A stretch of 55,196 bases of DNA, the filler included, from Sluysia triapertura (lineage: Eukaryota): assembly GCA_046118255.1 (NCBI GenBank). It is 4 parts of 4 records of this genome, joined end to end, with 100 filler letters (N's around TTAATTAATTAA, not from the genome) between each part and the next. Parts side by side here need not be neighbours in the genome. Positions count along the whole stretch, not along the records: positions 1 to 15,645 come from JBJNIA010223021.1; 3 more parts are not named here. One strand, written 5' to 3'. Of this stretch, positions 1-11,587 are shown piece by piece. Under the pieces are notes generated by a model, which saw nothing but the letters and a program-made list of their open reading frames with translations, was not told the origin of the DNA and did no database searches. The position numbers and the translations under genes were made by a program. Each line of letters begins with the position of its first letter. The first letter of the stretch is position 1.

Positions 1-560
1 AAGCTTTATAAATTGAAACAAGATCTATACATTTGATTTAAGTTTGAAATGCTTGTTGAAAAGGTTGAAGTTATTTTGATTTTGAATGGTGATTGCAGAA
101 CAAATTTTAGTGTTTGTTGTAATGTTGTTAAGAATATTTGTTTTTGATGTGTATGTCTATATAAAATGAGTTTAAATTGGTGTGATTGATTAAAGATTTA
201 AGTGTAAATGGTCTATGTTTCTGAAGTAGTTGTTAGCGTTGTTTAGGTGTTATTATGTTTATGATTTATGAAGTTTATGCTGTGATTATGACTTGTTTGA
301 TGAAGTATTTAGTGCGTAAATGTTGTGAATTGTTTGCATTGGATGTAGAAGTTTATTAAGTTAGAGATGGTTGAGGTATAGATTGATTTGTTGGTGAATA
401 TAAGCTAATGAGGTATTGTGATTGTGGAATGTAGTTTTTTGGTATTTTTGATGATGCAGTTGTAAAATAAAGGTATGACTATTGAGAAAATGGTATTTTA
501 ATGAAGTGAAATTTTGTGATTATGAGTTTTAAATTGAGGTTGCAAATGCTGACCACTACA
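1..560 (-). mobile_element. LTR-like fragment related to the CsRN1-type 3' LTR at 40123
   Basis: Minus strand starts TGTAGTGGTCAGCATTTGCAACC at 560, resembling TGTAGTGACCAATCGTTATAACC at 40123, with the same strong A/C strand skew. Runs off the window edge. Confidence 0.4.
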
Positions 561-662
561 GTTGGGATTCGAGAAGGATAAGGGTCGATATAAGGATCAA
601 GACTGAGGGTAATAAATATGGTGAATGTTATTGAAAAATTAAGATAAAATATTGTAATGAAC

Positions 663-1735
663 TGTAATGGTAAAATAAGCATAATAAATACTTGAATTAA
701 AACAAAACAATAAGAAATATGAAGAAATAACCATGTACAATGTTTTATTTGTTAAAATACTAAAGTACATTTGTTAATTAATTTAATTAAAATTTGTTTA
801 ATTTGATAACTCAGTAAAAATGTTTGCTCATGATATTGGATTGAGTGTATAATATTGAATTTTATTAGTGTTTTTTAATGACGAAGTATTGCGAAGCACG
901 TCAACGTAGATAACATAAAAATTGGTTATTTTAATTAATTTTTATATTTTAAAATTAAAAATAAATATGTTCAGTTGTCTAAGTATTAATAAAGTATACG
1001 TCAAATTGATGCTTATAGAGACTAATTCAAATATATTGTTGAACTTGACCTGCAACGTATTATGCAAAAGACTCCTGTGAGAAATAAATTTATTATTTCA
1101 TAAATTTTATCTTTAAATTAAGTTAAGCAATTACGTTATATAATAACAGTATAATAATAATTTTAAATTGTAATTAGATGATATTCAAAGGGATTCTTTA
1201 CCACAAATCCAACTATCTTTGGATAATTAGAATAATGATAATGGAAATTAAAGCTATCCATTCTCAATTTGCTGACTAGATTTTGACAGCAGTTAAATTT
1301 CTACAAGAAAAGAGAAGTGAAGCCGACATTAAGACGGAGTAAAGAAAAATCGAATTAACTTTTCATCAGTGGATAATGGTGATACTAAAGTTGTTTATTT
1401 AGTAATTGACTAAAACGAACCATTTTCTTTAGTAATATATTTCTTACTGTTTATATTTTGCATTAATACGGATGATAAAGTTTAAATAGGCTGTGCCACT
1501 CCTGGTTGTGATTCGTCTTTAAAGAATATTTTACTTATTGTACTGTTATTGTTATAAAGGATAGTTTGTATTTGTTATAAAGAGTAATTTGTATTGTCAT
1601 TGTTATAAGAATAATTTATATATTTTAGTTGTAATCTTGTGATAATATAAAGAATGTATCGAGATTGTGAATTTATTTAGTTATTGAGTTCTAATTTAAT
1701 AATTTGGAAAAATAAAAGTACTAAAAGATATTACT
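663..1735 (+). repeat. 5' LTR of the env-carrying Gypsy element
   Basis: Starts TGTAAT and ends ATTACT (expected ATTACA). Both boundaries coincide with the ends of the inverted homologous copy at 9402-11536 (e.g. TGCGAAGCACGTCAACGTAGATAAC near 890 is the reverse complement of the sequence near 11280-11305). Confidence 0.7.
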
Positions 1736-1845
1736 TAAATTTCGGTGACTCAGGAAAGTTATATTATTTAGATTTGTTTTAATCAAAGAATAAGTTTATA
1801 ATTTCAGATTTAATATTATATGACAAAAAACCCAAGAAAAGAGAA

Positions 1846-2915
1846 ATGAATATCGAACCAGCACGATTTTTTGTACTTCCACTGGAATCTTTCGATGGAA
1901 ATCCAGATGCTTTGTCAAATTTTGTAAACCAATTACCAATTTTATGCGAATGCGGTTGGCATGAATAAGCTCAGTAAAAGCGCTTTCCGCTCCATTTAAA
2001 AGGAAAAGTGCATAAGCTTATTCCCGACAAGAAAAAAATGCCTGGAAAAATTTAATTAGTGACTTTAGAAACCAATTGTTGCCTAAAGATTCTAAATTCG
2101 TTAATTTTAAAAACTTACGAAACAGGATACAAGGTAGTAAGGAAACAGTTACACAATTTTTATTTGACTTTAAACAATTAGTAAATAAGGAGTATCCAAG
2201 TTTTACACATGAAAAAAATCTAATTAATTACTGAAAAATTTATAGATTGGTAAGGAACCGATAAGAACACAGCTTTTAATGTTAGACCGAACTAATTCAA
2301 ACGATTTACTCCAAAAATCTCAAATTTAGAAAGTAGTGATGAACATTGAGCTCTCAATTCGTACCGATGTTGATAGACAAATGAATAAATATTCGAATAA
2401 TCAAAATAATTTGAAATACAATATTCTGCCGAATAATGTACGTTTAATAATTATAGAATAACATTAATATTATATGGAGTTTTAATATTAATATTATATT
2501 AATATTATATAATAATATTATATGGAGTTTTAGACAAAGTACACCATTTATTAGATCTAACGGACGAAATACGTATAATGGAGTAATGCAACAAAATAGA
2601 ATATGATTTACAAATGAACCATGTGAAATTTGCAAGAAAACAGATCATAATAATAAAAATTGTTGGTATCGAAATTCATACGATAATAACTGTAGAAGCA
2701 GTAATAATTCGGAAAATAGAAATAACCGAAAGCGTACTAAAAGTACCGTTTCTCAAGTATTATGTAATCAAGTTGATTCATTTAATGAAGAAAATAAAAA
2801 TATGAAAGAAGTAATAAAAGAGTTAATTCCACAGTTACAAAGGCAAAAATTAAACGATGAAATATCTCAGAATGACACAATAGTACGAGTGAATTTTTTA
2901 CGCTATTTACAATAA
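1846..2915 (+). pseudogene. gag: Gypsy gag (frameshifted, with stops)
   Basis: N-terminal PLESFDGNPDALSNFVNQL...CGW...FPLHLKG capsid-type motif. Perfect CX2CX4HX4C knuckle CEICKKTDHNNKNC at 2622-2663. Confidence 0.8.
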
Positions 2916-3380
2916 AAATGAAATTAAAAATAATGAAAAAGAAATGGGAAAAGAAGTAATAAACAATAAAATGGATATTGATATTATTGATGATGATAAA
3001 ATTATTACTGAATTAATTAATACTGAAGATAAAAATATAAGAAATATAATGGAATATTTAAACAAAAACCAATAGATGATATTAGTAATAGTGAAAAAAT
3101 AATATAATTTTTACAAGATAATGTGAATTTTCTTAAACCTTGCTCTTTACAATCAAAAAGCCTACTTAAAGAAGTAGGACATTACTGGCAAAATAAAAAC
3201 AATAAAGCAGTTTTACCTATTATACTGTCGCATTCAAATGGTAAATAAGTAATACAAGTGCCAATGAATATTACATGTAAAGAATTAATGTCATTAACTT
3301 TCATGTTATTTAATATATTAGATAATATGGAAGAAGATATTAGTATTGTTAAAACTGAAAATAAAATTAAGAATAATTTA

Positions 3381-3427
<47 letters not shown>

Positions 3428-3569
3428 CGATAAGGAGAATGAAGGTAATAATATTAATGATAACGCTAATGCTGCTAATAATAATGTTTATGATGATAAT
3501 AGGAATATAAATAAAAAGGTGAAAACGGAACCAACTCTAAGGCGAAATGAATTTAATAGTAATTTAAAT

Positions 3570-4218
3570 ATGTTGGCAAAATTTATGACAATAATCACAA
3601 TAATTTTAGGATTACGAATTGCAAAATCTATTAAGGCATTTGATTATGAAAATGCAACACTTGGTCCAAAGTTTTCGATAATGGATGTAGAAAAATGTCC
3701 TGACGCAAATCCAAATAAATTCATTAAACAATACTATTAAATATATCATATTTATCAAGAGAGATGATATATTTATACAAAAGCATATGAATGTGCAATA
3801 TCTAAGAAGACATCTATTAGATGGTGTGTACATAATAGTCATATTTCATTGATTAACAACATTGGAAGAGTAACACCAAAAATTGATATAATGCATTTCA
3901 AACTCATGAAATACAAATTGATACAAGAATAAGGCTTAAAGCGAAACCATGTGTTATCATACAAGAAGAAATATTCGTAGTAGGAAGTTTAGTTTATGAT
4001 GGTACTTGTGAATGTGGAGAATTTTGGAAATAAAATTCGACAAGCATTAGTTATTGATACTTATGTTATTGAAATTAAAAACACTGAAATAGCTTTTGAT
4101 CCAGACACAAAGATAATGTTTTGATGGCAAATATACAATTGTTTATGATGTGGAAAATCGTGAATGTAGTTTAGTATATTTAAAAACAATTAATTTTGAT
4201 ACAATTACAGATAACTGC
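3570..4218 (+). pseudogene. N-terminal part of a chuvirus/Monjiviricetes-like (class III-type) fusion glycoprotein, env-like
   Basis: Signal peptide MLAKFMTIITIILGLRIAKS, then IKAFD(Y<C)ENAT..FSIMDVEKCP..IYQE..KAYECAISKKTSIRWCVHNSHISL..VVGSLVYDGTCECGEF..ALVIDTYVIEI..C..ECSL..TDNC across 2 in-frame stops and frameshifts. Cys spacing matches the recalled GYDC..SLLDVGEC..C..YCGMHSH..AG..DGTC pattern. Confidence 0.75.
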
Positions 4219-5200
4219 ATTAGTCAAGTATTGCATCGATTGGAATTCGCAGGATTAAAGATTAAATTATCTAAATTTGAATGGGCAAAATCTAGTGTAT
4301 CGTTTTTAAGTCATATAGTATCAGTCAAAGGGATTCAACCAAATCGCTTTAATGTACAAAAATAAAAGATTTTCAAACCCCTAATAAAGTAAAACTATTA
4401 CACAGATATTTAGGATTAGCAGGATACTATGAAAAATTTATCGAAAATAAAATGATATGTATCTATTGATCAACCACCAGCACAATGGCTTATGACACAT
4501 AAAAATACAAGTCGATTAATACGATGGTCTCTCTTATTGCATTAGTATAATATTTAAATAAAATATAGGCAAGGAAAGTCTAACGCAAACACTGATTTTT
4601 TATCCAGATTAGATGACGAATACATGTCTTTGGCAACTTTTGTAGGACGAAAAATTAAATATTATTAAGCAGAATAATGAATTATTTAAAAAGTCAAAGG
4701 AGAACCCATATTATTTCTTCCCAAATGATATTTTAAAATATAATATAAAAGGAAAATTATTAATTGTTTTTCCAGAAGCTTTTCGGGATAACTTTTTTTT
4801 ACAAACATTATAATGGAATATTAGAAGGATATTTATCAATTAAGAAGACATTGTCTGCAATAATGAGAAGATATTATTGGGATAATTTAAAACCAGATGT
4901 TAAATAGAGGTATAATAACTGTGAAACTTGTCTACCAATAAAAAACAAAGAGATACATAAAACTTACCTTAAACCAATCCGAGCTACTTCAGGACCAATG
5001 GAAATAGATGCTATGGATGTAACGGGTCCATTACCTGAAACTATAAAAGGAAATAAATATATATTAGTATTTTCAGATTATTTTACTAAATGGCCTGAAG
5101 CAAAAGCGATGTCTGATCAAAGACCATCATAAATGGCAAAAATTTTTAAAGAAATTATTTTTAGATATGGTCCACCTAGAAAATTAATTACTGATCAAGA
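4219..5200 (+). pseudogene. pol: Gypsy pol remnant: RT C-terminus, RNase H tail, integrase zinc-binding and core
   Basis: VLHRLEFAGLKIKLSK.EWAKSSVSFL.HIVSVKGIQP; YLGLAGYY; RLIRWSL..KYR.GKSNANTDFLSR; RRYYWDNLKPDV..CETC; AMDVTGPLPETIKGNKYILVFSDYFTKWPEA..FRYGPPRKLITDQ. Confidence 0.9.
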
Positions 5201-6780
5201 TGTTGGAATTGTCAAATTAGTGTAAGAAAGTAGATAAAAGGGCAAAATAATTTAAAATATGTATAAAGAAAAGTGATATAGAATATGTGAATTATGATAT
5301 TATGAAGTATAATATTCCTAGATCAAGAATAATGAACAGTAAAATGTTTATAATGGTTTTGAAACCGAAAAACACCTTGGAGTTCCAAAGATCCTTGTTG
5401 GGTATTGAGACCCTTATGAAGACTTAAGTAGGGTTTGGAACGATTCAAGAAACTTTTGAATTTCGGAACTTTGGAATCATTTGAGACCTTGTTGATCTCT
5501 TGGAACCTTTTAATACTCTTGAGACCTTAATAAACTTTTGAGACATTCGAATAACCTTTGAAATGTTCAGAGACTAAAATTATGGTTAATGATATTAAAG
5601 ACAAATTTAACACATTAATAATTAAACTGAAAAGTAGGAAAATGAATCAGAGTGGCGAAGGTGAAAACACCTAGAGCCTCCTGAGCACCTTATAAAGTAT
5701 TTAACAACTTTATAACTATGATAAAACCTGTACACTTAGAATAAAATAAGTTAAAATAAATAATTAATTAATTAAAATCTTAATTAACCTAATTAAGAAA
5801 AATTACGTTGTGTGTATAACTTTTGAATGAGGAATGCTATGTTAAATCTTTAATTGTACATGCATGTGTTTTAATGAGACCTTTCGATGAAGATAAGGTT
5901 TGATCGAGTTCATACGAGGAAAGCCTCTATATTGAGAAAAGTCGAATTTTAATTAATTTTTAATTTAAAATGATAAAATTTTTATGTTTAGAATGATTAA
6001 GAGATGATGAGTTAGGTATAGAATGATTGCTATGAAATAGGAGAATCCAAAATGAGATTGAAATGTTTGTGAAATGGTTTGTTTGGGAATGAAAACCTTA
6101 AACATTTTCCATTAAAAAATTGAGTTTGAGGAATTCATTAAAATTAATTAAAATGTAAAAACTAAAGTTAAATTCATTATTTTTAAGTATGCCAATAATA
6201 AAAATAATTGTTATTTTAATGTTAGAAATGATTCATGAAAACATAGATCGAGTAGAGTAAAAAAGAATATGAGAGTTGATTGTTAATCCATTTGTTTTGT
6301 TTTCTTGACAGGTTGTACCATGTAAGTGTCAAAGTCGTTTTAGTCGGTTTAATCTTTAAATGAGGTTTTGGTGATTTGTATAAGAGTAATTCCTGATTGC
6401 GAATGTAGAAATGATTGGATGACATAAAACTATAAATTAGAACACTTAGGAACTTTTACTCACACACGTAAAAAGGAGACATCATCCCGAAAAGAAGATC
6501 CATGCTTTTGGTAACATTTTATTTTAATGTATTTTTTTAAATAAATATTGAATTTAATTAAGAATATTTTATTGATATGTTTAAAATAAATTTTTAAATA
6601 TTGATTTCATAAGGAATAATTTGCTATAATAGTTAACTTTTGTAGTTACTGATCTGGTTAAAGTAAATTTCTTAGATATTGTTAAAGAATATTTTGTCAT
6701 AGAGACTTAAAGTTTGTTATTGAACTACTCAAAATAAAATTTTATTTTAAATAAATATTAAGGTATATTTTGTCCCAACA
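5201..6780 (+). mobile_element. 1.58-kb LTR-like dispersed repeat, copy 1 (TGTTGGA...TCCCAACA)
   Basis: TG..CA ends with a short terminal inverted repeat. Conserved core GAAGGTGAAAACAYCTAGAGCCTCCTGA is shared with the copies at 7523 and 35719; the 5' part is shared with 29286. No coding capacity, no matching TSD. Confidence 0.7.
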
Positions 6781-7500
6781 TTTTATATTTTTAGTTAAGA
6801 CTAAAGTATATTTGAGAGGATTCACTCTTTCATATTCTGTAGTCAATCTTGTTATTTTAGGGTGATCTCCGATTGATTTTAATTTAAATAATTCATAATA
6901 CTTCTATTTTTCTTTTGTATGAAACATTAATATTCTACTTTTACCAAATTTATCCTTTAATTCTATTCCTCTTTCATTAGTAGTTCAGCAGCCTGTTTCA
7001 ATATATCCATTCCGATTATTATGTTATAAGGACAATACTTCATATCTCTAGGTATGCACTGCATATTTGTCTTGAATTTAAATTTCTCATTTTAGTTTTC
7101 TTAGTAAGATTTGCTCCTATATATCTTACTGCTTTATTATGAGGGACTAATTTATTACTCATATCTTTGTCCAGAATTTGACTATTGAGGAGAGAATGCC
7201 TTTCCCAAGAATCCGCTAAGACTTTATATTTTCTTTTATTAAAGTTTATTCTACTGAGAATACGTTTTTTACTTATCTTCTTGTTATATCATATAATTCT
7301 CGCTATTTGTGTCACCATTGGTAATTCTGGTGACGATAAATAATTGTTATTCTGATTATTCAGTTGTGATTATATAATTGTTTGATCTAAACATGAATTT
7401 GTGTTGGTCATAATATTGTAGAAAAGTTTTAGTTTTTACTCCAAGTAGATATAATGCCTTGGAAAATATAATAGTTTTAATTTATTATTTGGTATTTTTC
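6781..7500 (-). pseudogene. Retropepsin (aspartic protease) remnant of another LTR retrotransposon
   Basis: Minus strand reads RINFNKRKYKVLADS(G) near 7210-7250 and PYNIIIGMDIL near 7000-7035. Confidence 0.55.
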
Positions 7501-7522
7501 ATTTGAGATCTAGGTAAGAAAA

Positions 7523-8990
7523 TGTTTGGATTGCCCAAATGTAGATCAGGAGATGAGTAAGAAACATATAGAACTATAAAATCAAGGAAGAACTAATACA
7601 AAGTGATAGATTGAACATTGTAAACATTGTGAAATAAGTATCATGGAAAAGAAAGCATTTATAATGATCCTAACAGTTAAAGAATATCTTAAGGTTCCAA
7701 AGACCTATATAAGGGTTTCAGACCTATGGAAGCTTGAGATGGACTTGAAAAACCTTTAGAAGCATTAAGGTACTTTTGAACTTTAGAACCTTAGATCATT
7801 TAAGACCTTAGTAACCTTTAAGTATCTTGGAACGTCAATAGCATTTGATATCCTTTAGTAATATTATAAAGTGTTTAAAATCTTTAAAATAGTTGAGAAA
7901 TAAAATCATTGTTATTGGAATTAAGAATAAATCTAGTATAGTAATAATTAACACGAAGAAGTAGAAAAGGGAATCACATAGGTGAAGGTGAAAACATCTA
8001 GAGCCTCCTGAATGCCTTATAAACTACTAAATAACTTTAGAGCCTCAATATAACCTTTAAACATAGAATAAGATTAAGTCCAAAAATAGATTAATTAATT
8101 AATTAAAATCTTAATTAACTTAATTAAGAAAAAGTACGTTTTTATGAATAACTTTTGAATGCGGAAACAATGTTAAATTTGAAACTGCTTATGTATTTGT
8201 TTTAAAAAGACCTTTAGATGAAGGTATGATTTGACCAAGTTCGTGCAAGGAAAGCCTTAATAATTAGCAAAGTTAAATTTTAATTAATTCTTAATTATCC
8301 AATGTTGAATTTTTTATACTTAGAGTGATGCAAATGTAATGAATGGAATATGAGATGAGTGATATGAAAGAATAGAATATAGAAGTGAGTTTGAAATATT
8401 TGTAGAGTGGTTTGTTTGAGAATAAGAAGCTTAAACATTTTCCATAAGAAAATTGGGCGTATAAAGCCAAAATGAATTAAATTCTGAAAACTAAAATTAA
8501 ATTCATTATTTTTTATGTATGTTAACAATAATATTGATTAGTATATTAATGTGAGAATTAACTTAAGTAAAAGTAGATTGAGTAGAGAAAGGAAAATAAT
8601 AGATAATCGTAAATCAATTTTTTGTGTTTTGTATCTAATAAACTTTGACAGTCTGTACCATGTAACTGTCAAAGTTATTATTGTCAAATTACTTCTCAAA
8701 GAATGTTGCAGTGATTTATGTGAGAATGTTTAATCACAATTTGGAAATGATTGGATAATGAGAAAATATAAAAAAGGAATACCTAAAAATTTAATTCACA
8801 ACAAAAACAATTAGTAATGCAAATGAGAATATCCATGCTTTAAGTAATTTTTGAATTTATTTTATAATTAAAAATAATATTAATTTTTTTGGGATCTTAT
8901 GAAAATATTTTTTGTTCTGTGTTGTTTTTCGGAAATTTATATTTTATTATTAATAAGGAATAACCATTAATAATAATTAATATTTTTCTT
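7523..8990 (+). mobile_element. TGTTGG LTR-like repeat, copy 2 (3' end approximate)
   Basis: Colinear similarity to 5201-6780 and closer similarity to 35719-36438 (GTTCCAAAGACCTATATAAGG; GAAGGTGAAAACATCTAGAGCCTCCTGAATGC; AAGACCTTTAGATGAAGGTATG). Confidence 0.75.
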
Positions 8991-9401
8991 AGTGTTGCGT
9001 CACCTCTAGTTTCTTGGGATATATTGTTGTAACTATAATATTATAATAAACAATTTTGTTAACTTTGTGATTTAGTCATTTTTATTGTTGCTAAAGCTGA
9101 AACTTATAATAGTAATTTTTATTTGATTTTTGTAATCATTAAATTATTGAGTTGTTATTAATTTGATTTAAGAACTTAATTTTTGGATTGAATAAGTATT
9201 ATTATTAAATTAACAAAATTTATGATAAGTTATACTTGGTCTATTAAATATTGAAATTATTTGATATTGATATTGGTTTATTGTTACTACTAATTTCAAA
9301 TACGTAACAATGTTAATTATTACCATATTAAATTTATCTTTATTATTTTGAACAATGATTTTATTTCTCAAATATTTTAACGATATATTACTTTAAGGTA
9401 C

Positions 9402-11536
9402 TGTTGTGTCTTTTAATACTGTTTTCCTAAATTATTAAATTAAGACTCAATAATTAAATAAATTCAAAATCTCGATATGTTCTTCACGTTATCACAAGAT
9501 TACAAGTAAAATATTCTTTTTAACAACAACGATACAAATTATTCTTTATAACAATAACAATATAAATTATTATTCAATGAAGAATATTAACCAGGGTGAC
9601 ACAACTTACTTAAATTTTCGCACCATATTAATACAAAATATACTCAATATAAAATAAATCACTAGCCCTAGATCATCTAACTCTAAATATTTGTTAATCA
9701 AATACTAAAGAATAAGCCTTAATATCACCGTTAACCACGGATGAATTAAGGCAGCGTCCCTCGGCTGGAAAGTTCTGTTATCTTAAATTTAACTCTGGTC
9801 TCTGTCGTTTTTACTTCTAACTCTATGTAAAATGTAACTGCTTATATAAAAGTTTTGTGATGTAGGAAATGAAAATTAGAAGTTGAACGAGAAGAAAATC
9901 AAAGCCATATATTCTCTTTTAGTCGGCAATAAGCGAATCAATTTTACTGATTGAATTTCGACAGCAATTTCCATCTATGGTCAAATTCAATCTCATTTTA
10001 ATTATCTAAAGATTATGGGATTTGTGGTAAACAATTCAATTATCTTCTTAACATCTCTAATTTAAATTTAAAATCATTGTTACAATGCTATTGTCATAAC
10101 ATGAACTTTGTGATTTGTGACTAAATTTGAATTATATTTTAACTTTAATATTTGAATTTTACTTATTTTTGAACTTTTATTTATATTTGAATTTTATATC
10201 TGATTTTTATTATTTGGAAATATTTGAATTAAGGTAAGAAATTGTATATTAATTGTTAATTAAAAAATTATAAAATTATATTAAACTAATGTAATAAATA
10301 AATTTTAATGTTTTGTTTTAGTAAATTAAACTTTAAAGTTTTGTTTTAATCTGAAGATCAGATTAAAAACAACTGTATATAGATTTGAATTTTGTAAAAT
10401 ATCACACAATTTTTAACATAATTTTGTTATTCGTGGTCTATGGTTTCGGAACCAGTTTACTACTGAATTTTAAATAAATCCTTTTTCACGTTACGTGAGT
10501 TTAATTGTTATAAGTTAAGATATTAATAATAATATCAACGCAAAATCACACTTAAAATCTTTTTATTAAATATTTACATCTTATAATAGATCTCACGAAA
10601 AATCATTTATAAACTTATTTGATTTTTTAATTTTAACCCTTATTGAGTTAAAAATACGTAAATTGATATCATTGTAATACACGTTTTATTATTGCTTCGT
10701 AATTGTTTCGTAATAAATTATTAAAATCGAGTTTTATTGTTCAATTTATATAGTTGCAATTTAAAATAACCCAAATGATGTTATCATTATTAATTTTTGA
10801 TAGTCTCATAAAATTTTTTAATAACCAAACTTACCTCCAGACATTTTTAATTCGCTATTTAAAGATATAAAATTAGCATCACAAGCACAGTCCTTTGAGC
10901 ATCTCTTTTAGTCTTACTTAAGAAATCCTTTTATTCACAAATCCAACGCCTGGCCCTAACTGGTAAGCCCAGTACGTTGGTAAACTCACGTTAAAACTTC
11001 TGCTTTATTCTATTATTCTACTTTAAATATTTTCCACACTTAATTTGTCAACTTAAATTAAAGATAAAATTTATGAAATAATAAATCTATTTCTCACAGG
11101 AGTATTCTGCACAAATACGTTGTGCGTCACCAGTACGTTTCACTTCAAGTTCGATAATATATTTGAATTAGTATCTTTCTAAGTATCAATTTGATATATA
11201 CTTTATTAATACTTAGACATCGGAGTATATTTAACTTTAATTTTCAATTATAAAATTAATTAAAATAACTAATTTTTTCGTTATCTACGTTGACGTGCTT
11301 CGCAATATTTCATCATTAAAACACTAATAAAACTCAATATTATTTTCTAAATCCAATATCATCCCATCATAAGCAAACATTTTTATAGAATTATCAAATT
11401 AAACAAATTTTAATTAAATTAATTAACAAATGTACTTTATATTTTAACAAATGAAACCATTCAAAGGGTTATTTCTTCGTACTTCTCATTATTTTATCTT
11501 GATTTGAGTATTTTATATACTTATCTTGCTGTTACA
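9402..11536 (-). repeat. Second, inverted copy of the 663-1735 LTR, split by an insertion of about 0.9 kb (about 10100-11040)
   Basis: Minus strand starts TGTAAC at 11536 and ends ACAACA at 9402. 11040-11536 matches 663-1130 and 9402-10100 matches 1130-1735. Confidence 0.7.
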
Positions 11537-11546
11537 CTTCATAAAA

Positions 11547-11587
11547 TGGACTGACCGGGTATCGAACCCGCGACCTCTCGCTGCGCA
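11547..11587 (-). tRNA. 3' half of a tRNA-Ala gene, disrupted at the anticodon loop
   Basis: Minus strand TGCGCA GCGAG AGGTC GCGGG TTCGATA CCCGG TCAGTCC A TTTT gives the anticodon stem 3' strand, variable loop, T arm with B box, acceptor strand with U70-C71-C72-A73 (compatible with the G3:U70 Ala identity) and a Pol III terminator. Anticodon ambiguous (TGC or CGC). 5' half not found in the window. Confidence 0.75.

Larger units (their letters stand above)
663..5200 (+). mobile_element. Decayed Ty3/Gypsy LTR retrotransposon with an env-like gene (order gag-env-pol)
   Basis: 5' LTR, PBS-like CGGTGACTCAGG (1743-1754), gag with CCHC knuckle, glycoprotein fragment, then RT/RNaseH/integrase motifs in Gypsy order. 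Truncated at 5200 by another repeat. Confidence 0.85.

Noticed and set aside
2894-2900. U UUU UUA slippery heptamer at gag VNFL, resembling the errantivirus gag-pol frameshift site
   Set aside because: The -1 frame closes after about 20 codons with no protease, while the +1 frame gives the long continuation. A single-T insertion in a decayed copy is equally likely; needs a consensus.
3381-3425. Poly-Asn tract in ORF 3258-3740 as a functional prion-like domain
   Set aside because: It is a pure (AAT)n microsatellite of the type scattered across the window, most simply slippage in a dead element.
5185-5200. Both Gypsy integrases (5200 and 40012) break right after the ITDQ motif
   Set aside because: Different mechanisms (insertion/recombination versus internal deletion) and n=2; most likely coincidence.
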